The notes beneath the pieces are model-generated. The model saw only the letters and a list, made by a program, of their open reading frames with translations, did no database searches and was not told the DNA's origin. Positions 16,549 through 25,873 of a stretch of DNA of 34,141 bases are shown one piece after another; position 1 is the first letter of the stretch; every line of letters begins with the position of its first letter. The stretch lies in sequence record MK416018.1; one strand, given 5' to 3'. The stretch comes from Klebsiella phage ST147-VIM1phi7.1. The position numbers were made by a program, and so were the translations under genes.

Positions 16549-18813
16549 ATGACCAGTATTATTGAAACACCTAAATGGGGCGACGTTCCTCTAATTACCC
16601 GCGCAGATAAAGTCGAGGGTGGTCGCGGCGGTGCGGCTAATATTCAGGCGCAGGAACTGGCAAACCGCACTTTGCTTTTAATGCAGACGCTGGAAGGTTA
16701 TTCCGTTGGCGAAAAACCTTACAACAATGCGGCAGGCGCACAGGCTGATGTTGATAAGGGGCTGATTAAGCCTGATGCTATCTTTACGGTGCGTACTGAT
16801 GATGCCGATTACTGGCTGGATGAATATAAAAATATTAATGGCATCGCCACGCCAACCGGGAAAAAGTTACCCAGCGATAAAATGCTGCAAGAAATTAAAA
16901 ATAACTTTTTCCAGTCACGTCATGATGGCGATGTGATGTTGGATTTTGTTGATGATGACTGGTTCTCATTTTTTCGCGTGATGGCAAGTGGGGCGTTCGG
17001 GGCCATTAACTGCATGGTCGCGCCTGATGGTTTATATGTTAAAGACATGGCGATGTCGCATGAGGATGGCGAGCCAGGGTTGATTTATCGTGACCCGGAA
17101 GGATTTAGCGTAAATATTGTCGGGCCAGATGGTATCGGGCAACGTCCGGGAACGCTGAATGGTGGCGGAAAATTTCATACTGAAACCACGGACAGCGCCT
17201 GGTTGCGTCTGGAAGATATCGACGGGTTTTATTCTGACGTAGCTGACCAGTCAGGGAAAGCGGCGCCTCATGCGCTGAGTGGTGATGGTGAGTTCACTAC
17301 GAAAGCCGGTGGTATGGGTTGGCTGAATCTTGAGGATGAGGAAGGTTTTTTCAAAGCGCTGACGGATAGGGATGGCGAGCTAATCGGGGTTAAAGATACC
17401 CCTGTTGAAAGCCTTAATCTGACTGCTGCTGATGCGCAAAACAAGGCGTATTCGCAGAATGTTCGCAGTCGCTATAACGCCGCGGTGCAGCGTCTTGTTA
17501 CCGGTTTGATTCATCTGCTGATTTACAGCCAGAGTCTCGGAACGCAACAGGAGGGATGGCCCGCTCTGAGTCAAACCCCTGTAAAGGGTTTTGATAACCT
17601 GATGCTGGGCGATTCGATCCGACCAGCCAGCAGAACAGACCCGGCGTTTGCGCCTTTGGGAGATGCAGTATTAAAACCGTTGCGTGCTGTCGTTCAGAAC
17701 GGCACCGGAAACGCGATGATAAGCAATGAACAGGTTGCAGCCCTGCCGGCAGGTTCACCTAATGAGGGCGAGGGAGGGGTAGCTATTGCAAACGGTCTGC
17801 GTCGTCTCTGGTTACAGCGAAATTGTCTGGAGCGCGACCCGTCGCGTCGATTTGTTCTGTCCAGCACCGGCGTAAACGGTCGCAGTATTGAGCAGCTTTC
17901 CAAAGGTGCGACGCCTGAACTATATCAGCGTCCGCTTCAGGCTGTTCAGCAGGTGAAAGCCCTGGCTGATAAGGAAGGCGTGTCTTATTCCATCGGGGCA
18001 ATCATCTGGATTCAGGGGGAGTGGAATTACCAGAAAAGGGATGGCTCTAACGACAAAGCGACTTATAAGGCGAATCTCGAAAAACTCTATAACGATATGG
18101 TAGCCGATATGGCTGTCGGCATCGCCGGACAGAAAGCGCCGCCAGCTATTTTCATGTACCAGACCGGGGCCGGTTATACCCGTGATGATGCTGATTTATC
18201 TATCGGGATGGCGCAGTGGGAATTTTGTCGCGAACATGATAACGCTTACCTTGTCACGCCTGCGTATCCCTTCCCGGATAAAGGAGGGCATCTGGGGCCG
18301 AATGGCTATCGCTGGATGGATATGCAATTCGCCAAAGTGATGCACCAGGTATTAAACGAGGGGCAAGGCTGGGAGCCGCTGGGGCCGATTAGAATTATCA
18401 ATATTGGGCGTGAGATTTACGTGTTTTATCACGTGCCGTCACCGCCGCTGACGTTCAGGCCGTCATACGTGAAAAACGTTGCCACGATGTATGTCGATAA
18501 AGGTTTTCGTGTGACCGACAGTGCCGGAACCGTAGCTATCGCCGCCGTTGAAATTGTGGCGGATACGATTATTAAAATCACAGCTGGCCGGGATATCACC
18601 GGCAATGCAAAGTTGTGGTATGGCGATAAAACTACCCATGAAGGAAACGGCAACGTTTTTGATAGCGACAAATTTAACTCGCTGGAAAATTTCATTTTCG
18701 AAGCGGGGACGGGCCAGTATGAGGCCGAAAATATACCGGAGCTGGTAGGTAAACCATACCCGTTAAATAACGCATCAGTGCAATTCTGTCTTTCGATTCC
18801 TTACGGAGAGTAA
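16549..18813 (+). CDS. Tailspike-like protein with C-terminal SGNH / sialate-O-acetylesterase-like domain (754 aa)
   Basis: Inserted between I and the H-like fibre. GC about 48%. The C-terminal region has the IIWIQGEWNY (GxSN-type) motif and resembles SASA/SGNH esterases. The N-terminus is a conserved fibre-anchor-like segment. Confidence 0.65.
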   Translation: MTSIIETPKWGDVPLITRADKVEGGRGGAANIQAQELANRTLLLMQTLEGYSVGEKPYNNAAGAQADVDKGLIKPDAIFTVRTDDADYWLDEYKNINGIATPTGKKLPSDKMLQEIKNNFFQSRHDGDVMLDFVDDDWFSFFRVMASGAFGAINCMVAPDGLYVKDMAMSHEDGEPGLIYRDPEGFSVNIVGPDGIGQRPGTLNGGGKFHTETTDSAWLRLEDIDGFYSDVADQSGKAAPHALSGDGEFTTKAGGMGWLNLEDEEGFFKALTDRDGELIGVKDTPVESLNLTAADAQNKAYSQNVRSRYNAAVQRLVTGLIHLLIYSQSLGTQQEGWPALSQTPVKGFDNLMLGDSIRPASRTDPAFAPLGDAVLKPLRAVVQNGTGNAMISNEQVAALPAGSPNEGEGGVAIANGLRRLWLQRNCLERDPSRRFVLSSTGVNGRSIEQLSKGATPELYQRPLQAVQQVKALADKEGVSYSIGAIIWIQGEWNYQKRDGSNDKATYKANLEKLYNDMVADMAVGIAGQKAPPAIFMYQTGAGYTRDDADLSIGMAQWEFCREHDNAYLVTPAYPFPDKGGHLGPNGYRWMDMQFAKVMHQVLNEGQGWEPLGPIRIINIGREIYVFYHVPSPPLTFRPSYVKNVATMYVDKGFRVTDSAGTVAIAAVEIVADTIIKITAGRDITGNAKLWYGDKTTHEGNGNVFDSDKFNSLENFIFEAGTGQYEAENIPELVGKPYPLNNASVQFCLSIPYGE

Positions 18814-18818
18814 ATAAC

Positions 18819-19547
18819 ATGGTTATGGTCATCAAATCTAACGTGCCGTCTAATATCATTGCAAACCCGGATGGATGGAATCCACCGTTTAACACAGATG
18901 GTCTTTTATATGCAGGTATTTACGGGCGCGGGAATCTGTCGAAAAACTTTGCAGCAGGTGGCGCGGATGCGGTCGTGTCTGGCTCGCCTGTAGTAAGCAA
19001 TCATTTTGCCACTTTCGATCTTAATAACTTTATTGATACGGGAGTGCCAACGGCGAAGGAAACGACGCTGATTGCTGTTGTGAAGAAAGTAAATCCCACA
19101 CTGCGACAATTTTTTATTTCTTCTTATAATGGTACAGGTGACGCTGGTCGCAGTCTGGTTATTGATAAGGGAACGGCAAGGCTGACATTTTATTCGCATT
19201 ATAAAAATACAGAAACTAATGCCAATACAGTGCTGAATTGTTATGCCACATTAAATGTGACAGCCGGAGAGCCTGCGTTTATCTATGGCCGGGACACGGG
19301 TAAAAAAATTAATGTCGCGAGCATGACCGACAAGCTGAGCGGGGAGAATATCCCGACGGCTGCGTTTGAAACCATTGTAAACCCTGAACTGAAATACAGG
19401 ATTGGTCGAGGTATTAGCAGTGAGGTTCCGGGGGCATCGGATATCGGCGCAGCATTGATTTTTGACCGCGCATTATCTGATACGGAAATAAAGTCAATTT
19501 ACGATTACTTCCAGGCCTACTACGCCCGCCGTGGCATCAGCATTTAA
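18819..19547 (+). CDS. LamG / concanavalin-A-like lectin domain protein (242 aa)
   Basis: C-terminal IGRGISSEVPGASDIGAALIFDRALSDTEIKSIYDY matches the LamG signature. Lies in the tail-fibre block. Confidence 0.55.
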   Translation: MVMVIKSNVPSNIIANPDGWNPPFNTDGLLYAGIYGRGNLSKNFAAGGADAVVSGSPVVSNHFATFDLNNFIDTGVPTAKETTLIAVVKKVNPTLRQFFISSYNGTGDAGRSLVIDKGTARLTFYSHYKNTETNANTVLNCYATLNVTAGEPAFIYGRDTGKKINVASMTDKLSGENIPTAAFETIVNPELKYRIGRGISSEVPGASDIGAALIFDRALSDTEIKSIYDYFQAYYARRGISI

Positions 19548-19558
19548 GAGGTGATTCT

Positions 19559-20638
19559 ATGGCAGGGAAAAAATATATTGCGATTCTGACGCCTGCCGGA
19601 GAAGCAAAAATGGCAGCGGCGGCGATATCGGGGGAGCCTGTCGGCTTCTCCCATATGGGGGTGGGAGATGGCGGAGGCACGCCATATCAACCCTATGCGG
19701 AGCAAACGGGGCTGGTTAATGAGCTTTATCGTGCCCCGCTTAACCGCCTGGTCATTGCCGACAGTGGTGCAAACGTGATCCGTGCTGAGATGGTGATGTT
19801 TCCCCAGGTCGGCGGGTTCTGGCTGCGAGAGGCCGCGCTTTATGATGATGACGGGGTATGCCTGGCGTTAGCCAGTTTGCCGCCGTCGTATAAGCCTCTT
19901 CTGGCGGAAGGCTCAGGCAGGCAGCAGGCCGTCAATCTGTGGATAGCGGTTAACAATACCGCTGATGTGCGGTTAATGACGGATCCGGCGGTTGTGATTG
20001 CCTCTCTGGGTGAGGTCGATCGAGCAAAGAATGAAGCTAAGGACTACGCCGATAAAATCATTAACGAGCTTGATATCAACATACAGCAGGCAATTACGGA
20101 GGCTGTTAAAACAGCGGTACGTGATGCCTGGGAGGAAGATAATCCACCAGGCACCACCCGCTTTTTTAACCAGAACCTCAACCCTAATGAGCGCTGGCCG
20201 TGGTCGCAATGGATTTACACCGGTGAAAATAAAACAATCCGGGTGGCAAAAGCTGACGGCTCAAACGTAGGGAATACCGGCGGCAGCGATACCGTTACAT
20301 TACTGCGCGCAAACCTGCCCGCCGTACAAATCGATGTGACCGGCGAAACCAGCGAACAGGAGCAACAGGAGCTGACGACATCCGGAAATGGAAGGCACCG
20401 GCACAGGGCAGGGGACGGGGCTCCGGGGGATACCTGGCAGGACGCCACCCACGGAACGGATAACCAGAAATATACGGGATGGAACTATACCGACTATGCA
20501 GAAGACCATCAGCATAGCGTCACGATCCCGCCGCACAAACATTCGACCAGCGGCAAAACAGCCGACCTTGGCGAGGGAAAATCGTTCAGCGTGGTTGAAG
20601 CCCACACACTACTGATGTGCTGGAGTCGTGTTGCCTGA
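19559..20638 (+). CDS. H: Short tail fibre with P2 gpH-like N-terminal domain (359 aa)
   Basis: N-terminus MAGKKYIAILTPAGEAKMAAAAISGEPVGFSHMGVGDGGG...SYKPLLAEGSGRQQ parallels the P2 H N-terminus. The C-terminal half is His-rich and unrelated to the P2 H receptor-binding part. Confidence 0.75.
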   Translation: MAGKKYIAILTPAGEAKMAAAAISGEPVGFSHMGVGDGGGTPYQPYAEQTGLVNELYRAPLNRLVIADSGANVIRAEMVMFPQVGGFWLREAALYDDDGVCLALASLPPSYKPLLAEGSGRQQAVNLWIAVNNTADVRLMTDPAVVIASLGEVDRAKNEAKDYADKIINELDINIQQAITEAVKTAVRDAWEEDNPPGTTRFFNQNLNPNERWPWSQWIYTGENKTIRVAKADGSNVGNTGGSDTVTLLRANLPAVQIDVTGETSEQEQQELTTSGNGRHRHRAGDGAPGDTWQDATHGTDNQKYTGWNYTDYAEDHQHSVTIPPHKHSTSGKTADLGEGKSFSVVEAHTLLMCWSRVA

Positions 20639-20658
20639 CCTGTGACGGTCATTCCTGT

Positions 20659-20676
20659 TGTACTGTCCCTGTTACA
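20659..20676 (+). promoter_or_regulatory. Ogr/Delta-type late promoter dyad (TGT-N12-ACA) upstream of FI
   Basis: TGTACTGTCCCTGTTACA centred about 80 nt before the FI ATG. P2 late promoters carry TGT-N12-ACA near -55. Confidence 0.4.
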
Positions 20677-20747
20677 GCGGGGATGACTCGTCACCCTTTC
20701 CACCACGATTGAAAATAATGCTCACCCTTAACCACGGAGTTAAACGG

Positions 20748-21929
20748 ATGAGCGATTTTCATCACGGCGTCCAGGTTGTCGAGATTAACGACGGCACCCG
20801 CGTCATTTCCACCGTATCAACGGCGATTATCGGCATGGTCTGCACGGCAAGCGATGCCGATGCCGCCACCTTCCCACTCAATAAGCCCGTACTGATTACC
20901 AGCGTGCAAAGCGCCATTGCGAAAGCGGGTACAAAAGGCACCCTGGCCGCATCCCTCCAGGCAATCGCCGACCAGTCGAAACCGGTCATTGTCGTTGTGC
21001 GCGTTGCCGAAGGTACCGGCGACGATGCCGAGGCGCAGACTATCTCTAATATCATCGGCGGTACCGACGAAAGCGGCAATTACACCGGGTTGAAAGCGCT
21101 GCTCACGGCGGAGGCCGTCACCGGCGTTAAACCGCGCATCCTTGGCGTGCCGGGCCTCGACTCCCTTGAAGTGGCGACCGCCCTCGCGCCGATTTGCCAG
21201 AAGCTGCGCGCCTTTGGCTATATCAGCGCATGGGATTGTAAGAACATTTCCGAGGCGATGCTCTATCGCGAGAATTTCAGCCAGCGTGAGCTGATGGTTA
21301 TCTGGCCGGATTTTCTGGCATGGGATACCACGGCGAACGCGACCGAGACCGCCTGGGCGACTGCCCGCGCGCTGGGCCTGCGCGCCAAAATCGACCAGGA
21401 CACCGGCTGGCACAAAACTCTGTCAAACGTTGGCGTGAATGGCGTCACCGGCATCAGCGCGTCGGTCTTCTGGGATTTGCAGGAATCCGGCACCGATGCC
21501 GACCTGCTTAACGAGGCAGGCGTCACCACGCTCATTCGTAAAGACGGTTTCCGCTTCTGGGGCAACCGCTGCTGCTCCGATGACCCGCTGTTCTTGTTCG
21601 AGAACTACACCCGCACCGCGCAGGTTATCGCTGACACAATGGCCGCTGGTCACATGTGGGCGGTAGACAAGCCGATCACTGCCACGCTGATTAAGGACAT
21701 CGTTGCGGGTATCAATGCGAAATTCCGCGAGATGAAAACGGCGGGCTATATCGTCGATGCGACCTGCTGGTTTGATGAATCGGCCAACGACGCGGCGACC
21801 CTCAAAGCCGGAAAACTGTATATCGATTACGACTATACGCCGGTTCCCCCTCTCGAAAACCTGACGCTACGCCAGCGCATTACCGATAAATACCTGGCGA
21901 ATCTGGTGTCATCGGTTAACAGCAATTAA
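20748..21929 (+). CDS. FI: Tail sheath protein FI
   Basis: 393 aa from MSDFHHGVQVVEIN. P2 FI is 396 aa. Confidence 0.9.
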   Translation: MSDFHHGVQVVEINDGTRVISTVSTAIIGMVCTASDADAATFPLNKPVLITSVQSAIAKAGTKGTLAASLQAIADQSKPVIVVVRVAEGTGDDAEAQTISNIIGGTDESGNYTGLKALLTAEAVTGVKPRILGVPGLDSLEVATALAPICQKLRAFGYISAWDCKNISEAMLYRENFSQRELMVIWPDFLAWDTTANATETAWATARALGLRAKIDQDTGWHKTLSNVGVNGVTGISASVFWDLQESGTDADLLNEAGVTTLIRKDGFRFWGNRCCSDDPLFLFENYTRTAQVIADTMAAGHMWAVDKPITATLIKDIVAGINAKFREMKTAGYIVDATCWFDESANDAATLKAGKLYIDYDYTPVPPLENLTLRQRITDKYLANLVSSVNSN

Positions 21930-21942
21930 GGAGCCCTGACCA

Positions 21943-22458
21943 ATGGCAATGCCGCGCAAGCTCAAATATCTGAACACGTTTCTGGATGGCGTCAGCTATC
22001 TCGGCGTTATCGAGTCCGTCACCCTGCCTAAGCTGACCCGTAAGCTGGAAAATTACCGGGGCGGCGGGATGTCAGGCTCAGCCCCTGTCGATTTCGGCCT
22101 CGACGATGACGCGCTGGCGATGGAGATTTCCCTCGGCGGCTTCCCTGATGATGCGATCTGGTCGCTTTATGGTGCCGTCGGTACCGGGACGCTGTTGCGC
22201 TATGCAGGCTCTTACCAGCGGGACGATAACGGCGAAACCGTGGCGGTGGAAGTTGAGACCCGTTTCAAGGTGAAGGAAGTCGATAACGGCGAGAGCAAAC
22301 AGGGCGAGGATACCAGCAGCAAATTATCGCTGGTCTGCACGTACTACAAGCTGACCATGAACGGTAAAGAGCTGGTAGAAATCGACGTCCTCAACATGAT
22401 TGAGAAGGTGAACGGCGTCGACCGACTCGACCAGCACCGCCGCAATATCGGCCTGTAA
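21943..22458 (+). CDS. FII: Tail tube protein FII
   Basis: 171 aa against 172 aa for P2 FII. Confidence 0.9.
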   Translation: MAMPRKLKYLNTFLDGVSYLGVIESVTLPKLTRKLENYRGGGMSGSAPVDFGLDDDALAMEISLGGFPDDAIWSLYGAVGTGTLLRYAGSYQRDDNGETVAVEVETRFKVKEVDNGESKQGEDTSSKLSLVCTYYKLTMNGKELVEIDVLNMIEKVNGVDRLDQHRRNIGL

Positions 22459-22518
22459 TTTTTCCCCGGCCAGCATGTCTGGCCGGTTAACCCCGAATCC
22501 GTAAATAGTGAGAAACTC

Positions 22519-22794
22519 ATGAGCAAAGAAAACATCGTCACCCTGGAAAACCCCATCAAACGCGGCGAGCAGGTCATCGAAAAAATCACCCTGATGAAGC
22601 CTAACGCCGGAACCCTGCGCGGTGTCAGCCTGGCAGACGTTGCGCGCTCTGAAGTGGATGCCCTGATTAAAGTGCTGCCGCGTATGACCAGTCCGTCTCT
22701 TACCGAATCGGATGTCGTCATGATGGATTTACCCGACCTGATGGCGCTGGCAACAAAGGTGATCGGTTTTTTGTCGCCGAATTTGGCGGATTAA
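22519..22794 (+). CDS. E: Tail assembly chaperone E
   Basis: 91 aa, equal to P2 E. Confidence 0.8.
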   Translation: MSKENIVTLENPIKRGEQVIEKITLMKPNAGTLRGVSLADVARSEVDALIKVLPRMTSPSLTESDVVMMDLPDLMALATKVIGFLSPNLAD

Positions 22795-22946
22795 ATTTCC
22801 CGAAAGACATGTCGGTCGATGACCTGATGGCGGATATCGCGGTGATTTTTCACTGGCCGCCATCAGAGTTATATCCCATGAGCCTGACCGAGCTCACCAC
22901 CTGGCGCGAAAAGGCGCTACAGCGAAGCGGAAACACGAATGAGTAA
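22519..22946 (+). CDS. E': E+E' fusion via -1 programmed frameshift at T6G slippery site (22767-22773)
   Basis: ggTTTTTTG sits near the end of E, as in P2 E/E'. The -1 frame has a TAA at 22944-22946 overlapping the T start. Whether the -1 frame is open throughout was not fully checked. Confidence 0.4.
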
Positions 22947-25377
22947 CGACGTTAAATTGCAGGTTTTACTCAAGGCTGTTGACCAGGCGACCCGCCCGTT
23001 TAAAACCATCCAGACAGCGAGTAAAACGCTGTCTGGTGATATCCGGGACACTCAAAAATCATTGCGTGAGCTTAACGGTCAGGCATCCCGTATTGACGGA
23101 TTTCGCAAAGCCAGCGCGCAACTCGCCGTTACCGGTCAGGAGCTGAAGAAAGCTAAACAGGAAGCCGCCGCGCTGGCGATCCAGTTCAAAAATACGGAGC
23201 AGCCTACCCGCGCGCAGGCGCAGGCGATGGACGCGGCACGAAAAAGCGCCGCCGCGCTACAGCTTAAACACAACAGCTTACGGCAGGCTGTACAGCGCCA
23301 GCGGCAGGAACTCAGCCAGGCGGGAATAAATACCCGTACCCTGGCCGCGGATGAACGCCGGTTAAAAACCAACATTAGCGAAACGACAGCACAGCTCAAT
23401 CGTCAGCGTGAAGCGCTGGCGCGGGTCAGCGCGCAACAGGCAAAGCTCAATGCGGTTAAGCAGCGATATCAGGCCGGTAAGGAGCTGGCCGGAAATGCGG
23501 CAGCAATGGGTGCCGCCGGTGTCGGTATGGCGACGACAGGCACGCTGGCCGGTGTTGCACTGATGAAACCGGGTTATGATTTTGCGCAGAAAAACTCCGA
23601 GTTACAGGCTGTACTCGGCGTGGCGAAAGACTCCGCAGAAATGACTGCGTTGCGAAAGCAGGCCCGACTGCTGGGTGACAATACAGCCGCCTCTGCCGAT
23701 GATGCGGCCGGTGCTCAGATTATCATTGCGAAAGCAGGCGGAGACGCGGCAGCGATTCAGGCGGCGACGCCCGTCACACTTAATATGGCGCTTGCTAACC
23801 GTCGAACAATGGAAGAGAACGCCGGTTTGCTGATGGGGATGAAATCAGCTTTCCAGCTTTCTAACGAGCAGGTCTCTCACATCGGTGATGTCCTGTCGAT
23901 GACAATGAATAAAACCGCCGCAGATTTTGACGGGCTTAGTGATGCGCTGACATATGCTGCGCCGGTGGCGAAAAATGCCGGTGTCAGCATTGAGGAAGCC
24001 GCTGCAATGGTTGGCGCCCTACATGATGCGAAAATTACGGGATCAATGGCTGGTACGGGTAGTCGCGCTATTTTAAGTCGACTCCAGGCACCGACCGGGC
24101 AAGCCTACGCGGCGATTAAAGAGCTTGGAATTAAAACGGCAGACAGTAAAGGGAATACCCGCCCGATCTTTACCATCCTGAAGGAAATGCAGGCCAGTTT
24201 TGATAAAAATAAACTGGGTACCGGTCAGCGCGCTGAATACATGAAAACGATATTTGGTGAAGAGGCCAGCTCTGCCGCCGCTGTTTTGATGAACGCGGCT
24301 CAATCAGGAAAGCTGGACAAGCTCACGGCTGCATTTAAAGCCTCTGACGGTAAGACGGAGGAACTAGTTAAGGTTATGCAGGAAAACCTCGGCGGCGACT
24401 TTAAAGAGTTTCAGTCGGCATATGAGGCTGTAGGTACTGACCTTTTTGACCAGCAGGAGTCCTCTTTACGTAAATTGGTGCAAACCGCTACCGGCTACGT
24501 GCTCAAACTTGATAAGTGGATCCAGCGAAATAAAGAGCTCGCGCAGACGCTGGGGGTGATTACCGCTGTGGCGATCGGGGTCGTGGGGATGATTGGGGCT
24601 ATTGGACTGATTGCCTGGCCGGTGATAACCGGTGTAAATGCCATCATTGCCGCTGCGACGGCACTCGGTACCGTATTTACTACGGTGGCCGGTGGCGTCG
24701 TTACTGCAATTGGCGCAATCTCCTGGCCGGTTGTTGCTGTCGTGGCCGCAATAGTGGCCGGGGCATTGCTCATCCGTAAATATTGGGAGCCCATCAGCGC
24801 GTTTTTTGGCGGTGTGATGGAAGGATTGCGCACGGCCTTCGCGCCAATAGCAGAACTATTTGCACCGCTTAAACCGATGTTTGACTGGCTAGCCGGAAAA
24901 CTTAAAGCCGCGTGGGACTGGTTTAACAATCTGATTGCGCCGGTTAAATCATCACAGGAAACGTTAAACAGTTTCCGAGATGCCGGTGTGTTGTTTGGTC
25001 AGCGCCTGGCTGACGCTCTTACTTTACCGCTTACAGCATTCAATAAGCTGCGCAGCGGTATTGATTGGGTACTTGAGAAGCTCGGCATAATCAACAAAGA
25101 GTCCAGTACGCTTGATCAGACTGCCGCAAAAGCAAACGCAGCCACGCAGGGTAACTCTTATATCCCGGCTACCAGTACTTATAGCGGCTATCAGGCATAC
25201 CAACCAGTCACCGCACCCGCCGGGCGTTCTTACATCGACCAGAGCAAAAGCGAGTATCACATTTCCGTTGATGGTAGCGGGAACGGCACGCAGCTCGATC
25301 GTCAACTACAGGATGCGCTCGAAAAGTTTGAGCGTGACAAGCGTGCTCGTCAGCGGGCCAGCATGAACCACGACTGA
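22939..25377 (+). CDS. T: Tail tape measure protein T
   Basis: 812 aa against 815 aa for P2 T. Ala/Gly-rich with a hydrophobic TM-like segment. Confidence 0.9.
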   Translation: MSNDVKLQVLLKAVDQATRPFKTIQTASKTLSGDIRDTQKSLRELNGQASRIDGFRKASAQLAVTGQELKKAKQEAAALAIQFKNTEQPTRAQAQAMDAARKSAAALQLKHNSLRQAVQRQRQELSQAGINTRTLAADERRLKTNISETTAQLNRQREALARVSAQQAKLNAVKQRYQAGKELAGNAAAMGAAGVGMATTGTLAGVALMKPGYDFAQKNSELQAVLGVAKDSAEMTALRKQARLLGDNTAASADDAAGAQIIIAKAGGDAAAIQAATPVTLNMALANRRTMEENAGLLMGMKSAFQLSNEQVSHIGDVLSMTMNKTAADFDGLSDALTYAAPVAKNAGVSIEEAAAMVGALHDAKITGSMAGTGSRAILSRLQAPTGQAYAAIKELGIKTADSKGNTRPIFTILKEMQASFDKNKLGTGQRAEYMKTIFGEEASSAAAVLMNAAQSGKLDKLTAAFKASDGKTEELVKVMQENLGGDFKEFQSAYEAVGTDLFDQQESSLRKLVQTATGYVLKLDKWIQRNKELAQTLGVITAVAIGVVGMIGAIGLIAWPVITGVNAIIAAATALGTVFTTVAGGVVTAIGAISWPVVAVVAAIVAGALLIRKYWEPISAFFGGVMEGLRTAFAPIAELFAPLKPMFDWLAGKLKAAWDWFNNLIAPVKSSQETLNSFRDAGVLFGQRLADALTLPLTAFNKLRSGIDWVLEKLGIINKESSTLDQTAAKANAATQGNSYIPATSTYSGYQAYQPVTAPAGRSYIDQSKSEYHISVDGSGNGTQLDRQLQDALEKFERDKRARQRASMNHD

Positions 25378-25393
25378 CAGGAGGTAACGAGAA

Positions 25394-25873
25394 ATGATGC
25401 TTGCACTCGGTATGTTTGTTTTTATGCGCCAGACGTTGCCACACCAGACGATGCAACGCGATGCCGAATATCTTTGGCCATCAAACTCACGCGTAGGTAA
25501 ACGGGATTCTTTCCAGTATCTGGGGCCGGGGGAAGAAAGAATTACCCTGGCCGGTGTGTTATACCCGGAGCTCACCGGTGGAAAGTTGACGATGACAGCT
25601 ATTCGTTTAATGGCTGACGAAGGGCGCGCCTGGCCGTTGCTGGATGGCACCGGCACTATTTACGGTATGTACGTCATCAATAATATCAGCGAGACAGGGA
25701 GCTTGTTTTTTGCTGACGGCACGGCGAGAAAAATTGATTTCACGCTGACGCTCACCCGCGTGGATGAATCACTCGCGGCGCTGTATGGCGATATTGGCGA
25801 ACAGGCCAATGCACTTATTGGCAAGGCGGAAAATATGGCTTCGTCAGTGTCTGGCTTGGTGGGGATTAGCTGA
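25394..25873 (+). CDS. U: Tail protein U
   Basis: 159 aa, equal to P2 U. Confidence 0.85.
   Translation: MMLALGMFVFMRQTLPHQTMQRDAEYLWPSNSRVGKRDSFQYLGPGEERITLAGVLYPELTGGKLTMTAIRLMADEGRAWPLLDGTGTIYGMYVINNISETGSLFFADGTARKIDFTLTLTRVDESLAALYGDIGEQANALIGKAENMASSVSGLVGIS

Noticed and set aside
20817-21413. 198-aa minus-strand ORF inside FI
   Set aside because: It is antisense to the tail sheath gene. Its composition is non-protein-like.
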